DNA of 63,822 nt, filler included, from Pirum gemmata (GCA_002812295.1; 26 parts of 26 records of this genome joined end to end with filler, not necessarily neighbours in it); one strand, 5' to 3'; positions 11,858 through 22,950 are shown, counted from the first letter of the whole stretch. The notes: a model not told the origin generated them from the sequence alone. Made by a program: numbers and translations.

Positions 11858-12430
11858 TTAATAGCAAAAAGTAAAATAACGCTCTTTGGATCCATATTCT
11901 TTAACGTTTTGTTTTATCTTATTATTGTGTTTTTGGTTAGCCTTAGCAACAGCTTTTCTTGTTGGAGTTGTATTGTTTTTCCCTCTAATTTCCTTTTTTT
12001 CCAAATCTAATGGATTAATATATCTGATACAACCGGTCATAAATAAAACAGAACATATTTCAATTGCCTGTTGTCTTGTTAGTAAGTATTGTTTCATTAC
12101 TAATTCTATAAAAGCACTTTCTTTAAATTGATCTATGTCATTATTCTTATTAGCACTAGTGAACTTTATTGATTTACTTTTCTTTTTCATTTTAATATTA
12201 TTCTTAATAAATCGAATAACTACGTCTATGTCTTCGTTGGTGTAGGCTTTAATAGAAACACAAGAGCTAGTACTAGTAAAAGAAGAAATACTACTTTTGT
12301 GGCTGAGTTTTTTTGGTTGGTTGGTATTAAAAAAGTTGCCTTTAGATTTATTCATATTTAAACTATTAAAAGAATCCAAAGTACTGGAAGAACTGGAAAA
12401 TGAACCAGTACGAACATTTTTATAACCCAT
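11858..12430 (-). CDS. DEP-domain-like protein (190 aa, single exon)
   Basis: Ser-rich N-terminus, then FKESAFIELVMKQYLLTRQQAIEICSVLFMTGCIRYI...SKERYFTF, which fits the DEP pattern (FxGseavdWL...sReeAv.lgq.Ll..G.I..v...F.d...yY.F). Confidence 0.65.
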   Translation of the reverse strand: MGYKNVRTGSFSSSSSTLDSFNSLNMNKSKGNFFNTNQPKKLSHKSSISSFTSTSSCVSIKAYTNEDIDVVIRFIKNNIKMKKKSKSIKFTSANKNNDIDQFKESAFIELVMKQYLLTRQQAIEICSVLFMTGCIRYINPLDLEKKEIRGKNNTTPTRKAVAKANQKHNNKIKQNVKEYGSKERYFTFCY

Positions 12431-13092
12431 GTTTTATGTAATTGTGTGTGGTATTAATACGTATATATATATATAGACGTTAATTATATATATATTGCTG
12501 TTGTTGTTATACTTTGTTGTAGCAGATTGTTAATAACTTTGGTTTTGGTTTTGGTTTATTTTTTTTAAAAAAAAATTATGACATTATTTACATATTATTT
12601 ATATAATTATTTATTTATTTATTTATTATTCATTCATTCATTCATTTGCTTATCGAAGTATTTTTTTTTAAATTAATTTTAAAAAATATTTATTTATTTA
12701 TTTATTTATTTATTTATTAATATTTATTTATTTGTTTATTTGTTTATAATTTATTTATTTATTAGAGGGGTCTACTATATTATTATAATTATTGGTTTTA
12801 TTATTTTTATTAATTATCACGTTCCTTTTTTATATATTATATAATATAATACAATATGGTTATGAGATTATTATTATTATTATTATTATTAATTATCATA
12901 ATATAATTATTTTTTATTAGTTTTTTATTTTTTATTTTTTTTATTATTATTTTTTTTTTTCATGTCGAGGAAAAGTATTTACTTTTATAAATNNNNNNNN
13001 NNNNNNNNNNNNNNNNNNNNNNNNNNNNNNNNNNNNTTAATTAATTAANNNNNNNNNNNNNNNNNNNNNNNNNNNNNNNNNNNNNNNNNNNN

Positions 13093-13230
13093 GTGGTTGT
13101 GGTTGTGGTTGTCGTTGTGGTTGTGGTTGTGGCTGTGGCTGTGGTTGTGGCTGTGGTTGTGGTTGTGGTTGTGGTTGTGGTTGTGGTTGTGGTTGTGGTT
13201 GTGGTTGTGGTTGTGGTTGTGGTAGTGGTA
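13093..13230. repeat. (GTGGTT)n microsatellite
   Basis: Directly visible. Confidence 0.95.
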
Positions 13231-13557
13231 GTTTTTGCTGTAGTCTAGCTAGCTAGTATCGATAGAAGCTTTCACTTTCAGGCTTTTTTTACCATCATGA
13301 ATATCGATAATATCCGATAATGATTCAGTATCAAATCTATCATATCAGTATCATTTGATATGACGTAATAATTGAAAGGGGTAAATGATGACGCTTGGAT
13401 GACGTAGTGTAAAGTAAAAAACCCCACTTGGCCCTTTCAACAAATATTAATTATTTGTTACGTCAATATTTTAAAATGACGTAAATTTATTATTATTATT
13501 ATTATTTCTAGTCTTCCTTGTTTTTTACTTTATTATTTTCCTTTTGAATGTACTTAC

Positions 13558-13773
13558 CAGTACCACCACCAGTTACAAGTACAGCCTTTTTTAACTCCTT
13601 TTTTATATAATTTTTTTATTATCAATATTAGTCTATTGTCATGTTATTATTATTACCACTTGGTTATTAATAACTTATTATTATCTATTATCAATTTATC
13701 ATACATTTATAAATTATAATCACAATTATTTTTATATAGACTATCTGCTATGTATGACAAAAGTACTTACCAT
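13558..13773 (-). CDS. First two exons of a short-chain dehydrogenase/reductase, complement(join(13558..13597,13771..13773)); 3' partial
   Basis: ATG|GTAAGT micro-exon, then a 40-nt exon bounded by AAG| and |GTAAGT. Gives MELKKAVLVTGGGT(G), the SDR TGxxxGxG cofactor motif. Not in the ORF track. Confidence 0.75.
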
Positions 13774-13975
13774 AAACAACAAATCACGTGATATTATATA
13801 TATATATAGTGCAGTATCTATGCTGTAATCCAATTGATCAATGGACATATATCATGAGCTCTACGATGCATATAGGAGAATGTGGTACAATACATTATAT
13901 AGATAGATAGATAGATAGATAGATATAGATATAGATATAGATATAGATATATATCATAAATAGATATATATCATA

Positions 13976-14060
13976 ATATATAATTAAACGCTTTAAGACA
14001 ACTGGCATTCTTATTTATAAATAAGAATGCCAGTTGTCTTAAAAGCGTTTAATTATATAT
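13976..14060. repeat. 85-bp near-perfect loopless palindrome
   Basis: atatataattaaacgctttaagacaactggcattcttattta|taaataagaatgccagttgtcttaaaagcgtttaattatatat; the arms differ by one base. Confidence 0.95.
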
Positions 14061-14652
14061 ATATATCGACCAAATGAGCTGGGTTCATATATATATCGAG
14101 CCCAGATTTGGGCTTTTCGGCATTTTATCATCAAGTACGACTAAAGCAGAAAGTATTTTGTTATACTGTTTTTATGCGAAGAAAGATGGAAGTGTAACGC
14201 TGAAAACTTATGGGGGTTTTATTATAGACTCTAGTAGCACTTCGATTTATGTAATTACTTATAATATTTCTTGTAATATTCATTACTTATCTACAGATTT
14301 CTGTTTCTTTTTTTATTTGGACTTATAAAATAGGTACAGAATAAAAAAACTACCAATATTAGAACAATTTATCAAGTAATTGTACGTATAAAACAAAAGG
14401 CACCAAAACAAAGTAGCACCAACGCCAACACCAACGCCAACACCAACGCCAACACCAAAATCCATATCTAAGCTCAAGTCCAGGTCCCAGCCTAGCTCAA
14501 ACCCAGGGCAAAGATATAAAAAAGAAAATATACAATCACGTATGTACGTATGTGTTTTATTATTCATCTGTTTTTTCCTTACTAGCTAGGAGTAGACTAG
14601 TAAACTAGTTAGTATTTTCATGGTGTGTGCTTTGGTAATACATAACAAAAAT

Positions 14653-14787
14653 TTATAATTTTTTCCCCGTCAATGGCTGGTTCTGAACAGGTCGTTTCTT
14701 GGGCAAAACAACCCCGACGACGATTGAAGCAGTGGCTAGTCCAATAAATGCAGGAACCATCCAAGTAAGTAGGTTCATTTTGCTCAT
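14653..14787 (-). CDS. Candidate 44-aa single-pass membrane microprotein
   Basis: MSKMNLLTWMVPAFIGLATASIVVGVVLPKKRPVQNQPLTGKKL*. GC-richer island, accATG context, hydrophobic helix followed by KKR. An alternative frame is also open. Confidence 0.45.
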   Translation of the reverse strand: MSKMNLLTWMVPAFIGLATASIVVGVVLPKKRPVQNQPLTGKKL

Positions 14788-15126
14788 GGTTATAATACTT
14801 TAAATATAGAGTCTACACAAGATAAAAAAAAAAAGAAAAAAGAGAAAAAAAATCAATTGGTTATGGAAAGAAAGTACACACCATTCTACAATACTAATAT
14901 AATCCACGATAGGTAGAACACAAAAAAATGATACTCATACATACATGATCATCCAGAAGTATAATAGCATAAATATGAGTAAGTACACGCAAACAATATC
15001 TACAATCCGAAAACCAACAATACTCATTCTATCCACCATCAGCCCATAACATTAAAATTCAAAATTAACCATCCATAACACCATGGTTCATAACGACAAC
15101 AACGACAACAACGACAATTCATAATT

Positions 15127-15165
<39 letters not shown>

Positions 15166-15352
15166 TAATATCAATAACAACAGCAACAATAACAATAACA
15201 ATAACAATAANNNNNNNNNNNNNNNNNNNNNNNNNNNNNNNNNNNNNNNNNNNNTTAATTAATTAANNNNNNNNNNNNNNNNNNNNNNNNNNNNNNNNNN
15301 NNNNNNNNNNATAAATAAAATGAATAAAATAAAATGAATAAAATAAATAAAA

Positions 15353-15396
<44 letters not shown>

Positions 15397-15439
15397 GAAA
15401 TTATATGTATACTGCCAAAATCAAAAATAGAAACCTGTA

Positions 15440-15720
15440 CCTGACTATTTTTCGTTGAACATTCGGTAACCAAGTTTGCATCTGTGAATGCCGATTTTTT
15501 TTCCCAACTTGCAGTACCATGATACTACCATCTGCCCATCTTATTTTCAATAAATGAAAATTTTGTTCAATGTTAACATAACATGGTCTTCAATACCTTG
15601 GTCATCACTTGAAATAGGTGTCTTATTAACATCCACTAAATCCACTTGAGTGTCACCAACCAATTATTTGATTATAAATGGACCTCGATGTTTGTGTTTA
15701 TGTTTTTGAAAAAAGTGGCC
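15440..15720 (-). pseudogene. Degenerate chromoviral Ty3/Gypsy integrase C-terminus (GPF motif + chromodomain)
   Basis: Across frameshifts and stops: KHRGPFIIK*LVGDTQVDLVD...IEDHV...LLKIRWADG...TASWEKKSAFTDANLVTE. Confidence 0.75.
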
Positions 15721-15949
15721 ATGAATATTTTGATCATTTATCCCCTAAGTAAACTTAAAAAAATTAATCTTTTACTTTTCGCTTTATTAATTTCATTATT
15801 AATTTCATTATAGAAAGCGGTTGAGATAACTCTCATTTCTTTTTTTATTATCCTTGCAACATAATTATTCATAACATTGAGCCAACTATGAATATCAATG
15901 TAGCCTATAATAGAGTAAAATTAAAAAAGCTAATTAAAAAGAAGAGTAT

Positions 15950-16932
15950 AAAAAAGACTTCCAAAGGCTACCAAAGTTGAATAAAAAAATGAAAGATGAG
16001 CAAAAAATGATAGTAACAGAAGAAGAAATAGAAAAAACCCTGATGAATATGGATGGCAATAAATCACCAGGTATTGATGGAATACCAGCTAAAGTTTACT
16101 TTTTTGGGATGAAATCAAAGAAATTTTAGTACCATACATTCAAAATATATTTGAAAATGGTATAGAAGATAAAGGCATTATAATACCTACTCTTACAAAA
16201 GGGGATAAAAGTGACTTACAAAATTATAGACCAATTACTTTTATTAAATATCGATTATAAACTAGTAATGAAAATAATAGCAAGTGGAATAGTACCAATA
16301 CTACCATCAATAATATCACCCGGACAATCATGCAATGTACCAGGAAGATCAATTGAAGAAAATATCAAGTTCACACAAACAGTATTATGGAAAATGAACA
16401 GAAAAAAGTGACAACTACTCCTAAAATCAACGATAAATTCTAAATACAGATGTTAAAAAAGCTTTTCATACTGTAGAATGGGAATTTCTTTTCCATGTTT
16501 TAGAGGAAAAGAACTTTTTTGAAGAATTAATCAAATTGATAAAAATCTTAGCTACTCAATGGTCTCAATTAATAGTGTTTTCTCAGAAGGCTTTTTCAAA
16601 TCTAGAGGAGTCAATCAAGGAGACCCACTCTCTCCAGTTTATATGACATTATAAGTGAAGTTCTAAGGCAAAAAGTTTATAAGGAAACATTTGCAATATC
16701 TTCCAATTATGCTAGTGATGCCAACTACATAACAAATAATCAAGAAACAACACTTCAAGTTTTGGAGATAGTCAAAACATTTGGAGAAGAAGTAAGTGGA
16801 AACAAATTACATATGGGTAAAACATTTATAATTTATGCATTAACACAACAAATTGAAAATATCCCAAACTATCCTGAAATAATTATATCAACAATCATCG
16901 TAAATTCTGAAACATTCAAATGCTTAGGATTT
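15950..16932 (+). pseudogene. Degenerate L1/Tx1-clade non-LTR retrotransposon reverse transcriptase
   Basis: VTEEEIEKTLMNMDGNKSPGIDGIP, KGDKSDLQNYRPI, NIDYKL, IISPGQSCNVPGRSIEENI, DVKKAFHTVEWEFL, RGVNQGDPLSP, decayed YADD (YASD), TFKCLG; several frameshifts. Confidence 0.93.
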
Positions 16933-17068
16933 TATTTTATTTTATTTTATTTATTTTTTCTTTTTTTTTAATTTTCGAGTTGAGTTTTCAGTCTCCTTCC
17001 TTACTTGCATCTCGGTCATATATGTATGGGTAAAGTACAATAAAAAAACGAAAAAAACGTCATGGGCC

Positions 17069-17180
17069 GCGAAGTGGCTCCGTGGTTATTTTGGCGAAGT
17101 GGCTCCGTGGGTTAATTTGGCGAAGTGGCTCCGTAGGTTAATTTGGCGAAGACTAGCTAGTGGCTCCGTGGTTATTTGGG
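17069..17180. repeat. Tandem repeat, four ~26-bp units
   Basis: gcgaagtggctccgtg(g)gtta(a/t)tttg x4; the fourth unit carries a 9-bp insertion. Confidence 0.9.
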
Positions 17181-17315
17181 TTAACCTGGATCCGGATGTA
17201 TTCGAATCTACATGACCAAGACCTTGATGAAGACGAAGATGGTCTTGTTTCTATTTTAAATAATCTTGTTTCTATTTTAAATAGTGACTGTCTTTGATAA
17301 TGATAGTTTTCTTCT

Positions 17316-17388
17316 CTCCCAGTATTGGGCTCGAACCAATGACATCTTGATTAACAGTCAAGCGCTCTGCCGACTGAGCTAACCGGGA
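17316..17388 (-). tRNA. tRNA-Asn (GTT)
   Basis: TCCCGGT TA GCTC AGTCGGCA GAGC G CTTGA CTGTTAA TCAAG ATGTC ATTGG TTCGAGC CCAAT ACTGGGA G. All four stems pair; 73 nt, G73, no intron, no encoded CCA. Confidence 0.95.
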
Positions 17389-18517
17389 CTTCCATGACCG
17401 GGGAAAATTTTACAAACAAAATCTCAAACAAAAAAAATGGCCCGTAGGGCTGCGAATTTTTATTTTAAGCAAAATAAGGAAAAAGAAGTANCCGATAGAG
17501 ACTAGCTAGCTAGGTCACGGAGAGAGCAAAGATACAAATTATTATTGTTAATTCCATGCGTATTTGAATAATACTACTAAATGTAGGAAAATATGCACCA
17601 AATAAGGTTTATATTATTACCTACCAAACCATATTTGAAAAGTAATACTATTTTAAGAGACTACATATTTGGATAAAAAGTTCTTTTTGAGAGTACTTTT
17701 TGAAGTACTCTTTTTGACCACTTTTTGACTTCTTTTTGCTTCTTTTTGCTTCTTTTTGTAGGTAGTCAGTCCAGCTAGTCTAGTCTAAATAAAGTAACGA
17801 AACAAAGATTCTTGATGGCAAAGTCCGCCAGACAAATTGAAAAATCCTTGCCCGCCCGGTTCGGGTCCCGTCCACTTTCCATTCGGACGGATCTGAAAAT
17901 GTGCGCGTATATAATATAATTATTATATCATAATATAATTATGGATATGCATGAGAGCAGAGAGACTAACTAAACTATAGGGTTAGGGTTTAATATGGTT
18001 AGGGTTAGGGTTAGGGTTAGGGTTAGGGTTTAATATGGTTAGGGTTAGGGTTAGGGTTAGAAAAACACTAAAAAACCAAAGATATACTACAGTACACTAC
18101 CATACAATAGACTAACCTGAAGAAAAAAAAAAAGTGAATAAAACACCTGGAGAATAAAACACAGGTAGAATGAGTCATAAAATATTATAATAAAATACTT
18201 GAAAAAACACTGAGATAAGGCTATTGAGTGTTCTTGAATATATCATATCAAACTTGAATATACCTAGCTAGACTATGGTAGCTCCAAATTAGAAGAGTCA
18301 TAGCTTAATTCTTGTAAATGAATTTTAATTAAGGTATACATTTGGAATTAAGGTGTTAGTTTAGAGTACTAGTTAGAGTAAGATCTAGAGTAATAGTAAG
18401 AGTAAGAGTTAGTTAGAGTTAGAGTTAGTTAGAGTTAATTAAGAGTTAGAGTTAGAGTTAGAGTTACAGTTAGAGAGTTGTTTAGAGTCATGGTTAGTTA
18501 GAGTTAGCATTTGTTAC

Positions 18518-18554
<37 letters not shown>

Positions 18555-18569
18555 TTTTTTTTTTTTTTT

Positions 18570-18624
<55 letters not shown>

Positions 18625-19537
18625 GAATTTTGTTTTTGGGTTAGGTTACTTAGGTATTATTATTTTCAGTTGTGGTTGTATTATTACTTATTATTATTTG
18701 ACATTGCACTATCATTCGCGTAGGAAGTAATTAATATGAAGATTACCACGGGCAAATGAAAAGTAAGAGGTATTATCTAATTCTCTTATAAATTAAATTT
18801 AAAATTACCACACTATTACAACTATTATCAGCTAATTTTAGAGTAAGAAGCTGGGCATAAAAAAAAATAATGAAAAAAAGCTCCCACAATTTAACTTTTT
18901 TTTTTTTGTTCAGAAGAACAGAATAATAAGTGTTCAGGTTATGACATTGTACTATAGAATCATAATTTAATAACATTTTAAATAACTAAATAACTTTATT
19001 AATTAAAATTAAAAAAGAGAAAAAACTATTCATACCTTGGGGTTTCTTTGAATTAAAAAGAGAAAGAGTTAAAAAGAAAAAGAGATAGAAATGGTTTTAA
19101 GGTTTTAAATTATAGTTATAGTTATAGTTACAGCTATAGGAGTTTCCTGGTAGAGCTAAACAGTTCGATTTAGAGAGAGCTAATGTTTTATTTGTCTTTT
19201 TAATTAATTAAAAATCAAAAAATGTCTTTTCAAAAATTGAATTTATTTGGTAAACAGTTCACAGTTCACATTCATTTGGTGGAATAGGACCGCATTCCCC
19301 CTTATCTCTGTAGAAAAATAAAGGAGATTAATTTTTTGCATATTAAAATTGAATAATATTGTAATGTTATCATAATTTTGTTTTGTTATTATTAATTAGG
19401 TTTTTCTTTTTGTTATTAATGTAAGTTTTAAATAAAACTGAAATATCTTTTCCTTTTTGAGAACAATACTACTTTACCATTATTTTAAGAATTTTGTCAA
19501 GTGATGTTTTTTTTTACATAATATCATTATAGGGTGA

Positions 19538-19576
<39 letters not shown>

Positions 19577-20661
19577 NNNNNNNNNNNNNNNNNNNNNNNN
19601 NNNNNNNNNNNGTTGTTGTTGTTGTTGTTGTTGTTGTTGGTGGTGTTGTTGTTGTTGTTGTTGTTGTTGCTGGTGGTGGTGGTGGTGGTGGTGTTGTTGG
19701 TGTTGTTGTTGGTGTTGTTGTGTTGTTGTTGGTATAATTACTATTGTTATGGTTGTTGTTTTTTATTGTTACAGAAATAAGTGACAAATACCAAACTAAT
19801 TCTACCACGCTCTACCAACTCAGTAACAACAACAATACTAAAAACCCCATCTGCAAACCAACTATAAATCCAAGTACAAACAAAAAACAAAAAAATGATT
19901 TAATAACAATCGCATAATATAGCAAAAAGCACAACAAAAAACAAATATACCCTCACAGTTCCCTCACCTCTGGTTCTATTTTATTTTATGTCACAATTTA
20001 ATTAAATATTATCAGAGAGTATCAGAGGTGCTCAGTAAATTGTTGTTTTTGTTGTTTGATGGTCTTAGTCTTAGAATCGTATTATTAAGAAAATGTTGAT
20101 TATCATTTTGTATTTCATTTTCTTTCATTTTTATTGTATGTACAAGTATGTATAGACTACCGTAGACTACTGCTGACAGAGTCCTCAAACAGTCACAGAC
20201 TTAAAACTTGCCTATTCTATGAAATGTACAATAATTAACAACCCAATTTCACGAAATTTTATTCTTTGTCATTCGATTGGTCATCAGAACACCATACCAT
20301 TTTTGGAATATTAAAAAAGTGTTTATATTATAAAATTCGCCTAGGATTGGCCATTTGAACAAATAATATTTTTTTGATGTTGACAAAAAAAAAAAAATTG
20401 GGGGTATTTTAAAAAATTAAAAACCCATATACTCCCATATCATAATAAGACTTAGTATTTTTTTTAACTACTAGCTAGCTAGTCTCTATCGGTCAGAAAA
20501 AAGGGCTCATATGAGCCCATCCATTTTTTTCCTTTTTTTCTAAAAAAAAATTTTTTTTTTNNNNNNNNNNNNNNNNNNNNNNNNNNNNNNNNNNNNNNNN
20601 NNNNTTAATTAATTAANNNNNNNNNNNNNNNNNNNNNNNNNNNNNNNNNNNNNNNNNNNNT

Positions 20662-21801
20662 TTGTTTGATATAACTAAATTACGAACATCCAGAATAGAA
20701 AATACAATAACCGTTTTTATTCCAGCTCGAAGTGATAGTAAAATTTCACAGAAATGTATCGTGCATAAATCGGTTAAGCTGCAACTAACGTTTAAAGAAG
20801 AGTCTTCGTTGAATAATTTATTGTCTCATTGCTCCCCTAGTTGTACAGGCATAGCTTTGTACCAAGGTAAAGTTTATTTAAGTGCTTTAGCACGCTATTC
20901 TTTGGAAAGTGTTTGTATTTTAGTTGATCGTAAAAGAATCATACCCAAGCATATCGGTTTTGAGATGAAAAGAGTTAAAAAATATTTCGACAAAGGCTTT
21001 GATGTCATATTGCCCGAATTAAACTTGAAAAAAATTCCACGACGCAATTTTCGGTTTAAAATTCCCGAGGTTCTTGACTTTCCATTTCTTAATCTTTATA
21101 TACAGAAGTTGGACAACCAAAAGGTTATAATCTTGAAGTTAGAAGAAGCTGATAATAGCTGCCTGGAGGGAAACGAAGACGCCGGTCAAGTCCTGAATAT
21201 CGCCCAAGCTATAGACGTCGACCAAACACTGGATGAATGTATTGATGATGATGATGGTTTAGATAGTTATCGCCGTGATCATGATACAGAAATGATGACT
21301 ATGGGATCCATTGCACACCACAATATAGCGTGTGTAATAAACGGTTGTTATAACTCATTTATCTTGGCAGCTGAAGGAGAACAAGTGGAGCAAATTTTTA
21401 ACAGTTTACCGATTATTACTGAAAGAATGATAGACAAAACTTATGCTACAATTATCAAACAGATTGAATCTACTACAAGGAAAAGAAAAGTAAATTATTT
21501 ACCATTGGTAAAATATTTTAAAGCTAATCCACCTGAAGAAATTGCTAGTTTTTTACAAAAAGATATTTTGAAAACATGTCAAAAAATTGCTACGTTCAAA
21601 GCAAAACCAAACGATGATGAAAATGTTAGTAAAGAAGTAGAAGCGTTTCATGAGTTAATTGTTAAGAAAGAAAGTTTGTTTGTTAATCAAGAAATTAAAA
21701 GATTGTCAACTTTAAAACCAGAGGAATTGGAAATAGAATTTCAAGAGTTGAAAAAATTGGGTGGTTACCTTGCAATGCCTTGTGGTCGGTATTCTCTCTA
21801 G
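20662..21801 (+). CDS. Intronless ORF (5' truncated) resembling the conserved domain of giant-virus / fungal 'ankyrin repeat' proteins, possibly a nucleotidyltransferase-like fold
   Basis: 379 uninterrupted codons. Motif order ENTITVF, KLQL, SLNNLL..SPSCTGIALYQGKVYLSALARYSLE, ILVD, KRVKKYFDKGFDVILPELNLKKI parallels the family pattern as I recall it (TITI..VQI..S..EIL.GFD..S.i.ydG..VY...N.vD..RR..YE.RL.KYf.RGF.i..P.ld). Confidence 0.7.
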   Translation: MFDITKLRTSRIENTITVFIPARSDSKISQKCIVHKSVKLQLTFKEESSLNNLLSHCSPSCTGIALYQGKVYLSALARYSLESVCILVDRKRIIPKHIGFEMKRVKKYFDKGFDVILPELNLKKIPRRNFRFKIPEVLDFPFLNLYIQKLDNQKVIILKLEEADNSCLEGNEDAGQVLNIAQAIDVDQTLDECIDDDDGLDSYRRDHDTEMMTMGSIAHHNIACVINGCYNSFILAAEGEQVEQIFNSLPIITERMIDKTYATIIKQIESTTRKRKVNYLPLVKYFKANPPEEIASFLQKDILKTCQKIATFKAKPNDDENVSKEVEAFHELIVKKESLFVNQEIKRLSTLKPEELEIEFQELKKLGGYLAMPCGRYSL

Positions 21802-21954
21802 TTGCTATGATAAGTCAGTAATTTTTTTTGAATCGGTAATAATAGAAATACAATGTGATGACAATATTGTTGCTATAAGAACTTGGCTTTGGAGTGCTAA
21901 TAATAATAATAATCAGTATAATGCTTTGTGGTCGGTATTCTCTCTAATTGCTAG

Positions 21955-22071
21955 AGCTAACCCTAACCCTAACCCTAACCCTAACCCTAACCCTAACGCT
22001 AACCCTAATCCTAACCCTAACCCTAACCTAGCCCTAACCCTAACCCTAACCCTACCCTAACCTTAACCCTA
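21955..22071. repeat. Interstitial (CCCTAA)n telomere-type tract between convergent genes
   Basis: About 19 units with variants; unique sequence on both sides. Confidence 0.95.
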
Positions 22072-22523
22072 ATGGTAAGGGCAGGGATTATACATAGTTT
22101 CTGCTTCCCATCTGGATTCATCAACAAAAACAAGTTGACGTGTAGGATCACCATACCATTTATCCAGTGCTCCAAACACAGTTTCACTTTGTACAAAAAT
22201 GCTTTTGTCGGGGTTACTGTTATCATATCTACAAGGACAATGGTGATAAGTACCATCAATAAATACACCTATATTTTCTTTTCTTAATAAAATAGCTTTG
22301 AAAGCAGTGACGAGCTTATTTGCAATATAATTAGCACAAACTGTGTTAGTACAATTGACATTTTCGCACTTTTTTTCGATGTTACAAATACCCCCTGAAG
22401 TTTGTGCACTACCGTAATTATCATCGTTTAACATATCTAAATCAAATTTGCTGTTCCAGTAAAACATTGGTGTTTTGAGATAGAGTCCGTTTACAGATCC
22501 AATCAAACAGGAATGGGGTTTAC
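22069..22523 (-). CDS. Last exon of a pectin acetylesterase/Notum-family hydrolase
   Basis: PHSCLIG...YLKTPMFYWNSKFD (catalytic Asp), GVFIDGTYHHC (catalytic His), TVFGALDKWY, NPCP. AAG acceptor at 22524-22525. Confidence 0.8.
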
Positions 22524-22888
22524 CTTTTCATTTGTAAGGTTAGAATTAAAGTTTTTATTATACTACTATACTATCCTAATAAAATATTTGAAAATACAAT
22601 AATACTCATACACAATACAATACAGTATATAATCCAATTGTATTGTTGTATGTATAGTTGTATTGTTGTATTGTTGTATTGTTGTATTGCTGTATTATTG
22701 TATTGTTGTATTGTTGTATTGTTGTATTGTTGTATTGTTGTATTGTTGTATTGTTGTATTGTTGTNNNNNNNNNNNNNNNNNNNNNNNNNNNNNNNNNNN
22801 NNNNNNNNNNNNNNNNNNNNNNNTACTACTACTACTACTACTACTACTACTATTACTACTACTACTACCACTTCTACTACTAATACTT

Positions 22889-22950
<62 letters not shown>

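Noticed and set aside
15440..16932. Alternative genetic code suggested by in-frame stops in TE and Fic sequences
   Set aside because: Frameshifts accompany the stops, and conserved genes translate cleanly with the standard code.
17069..17180. CRISPR-like repeat array
   Set aside because: Units are contiguous with no unique spacers, the context is eukaryotic and there are no cas genes.
17815..17910. GC-rich patch containing AAAGTCCG (RNase P-like)
   Set aside because: No matching 3' P4 strand and too short.
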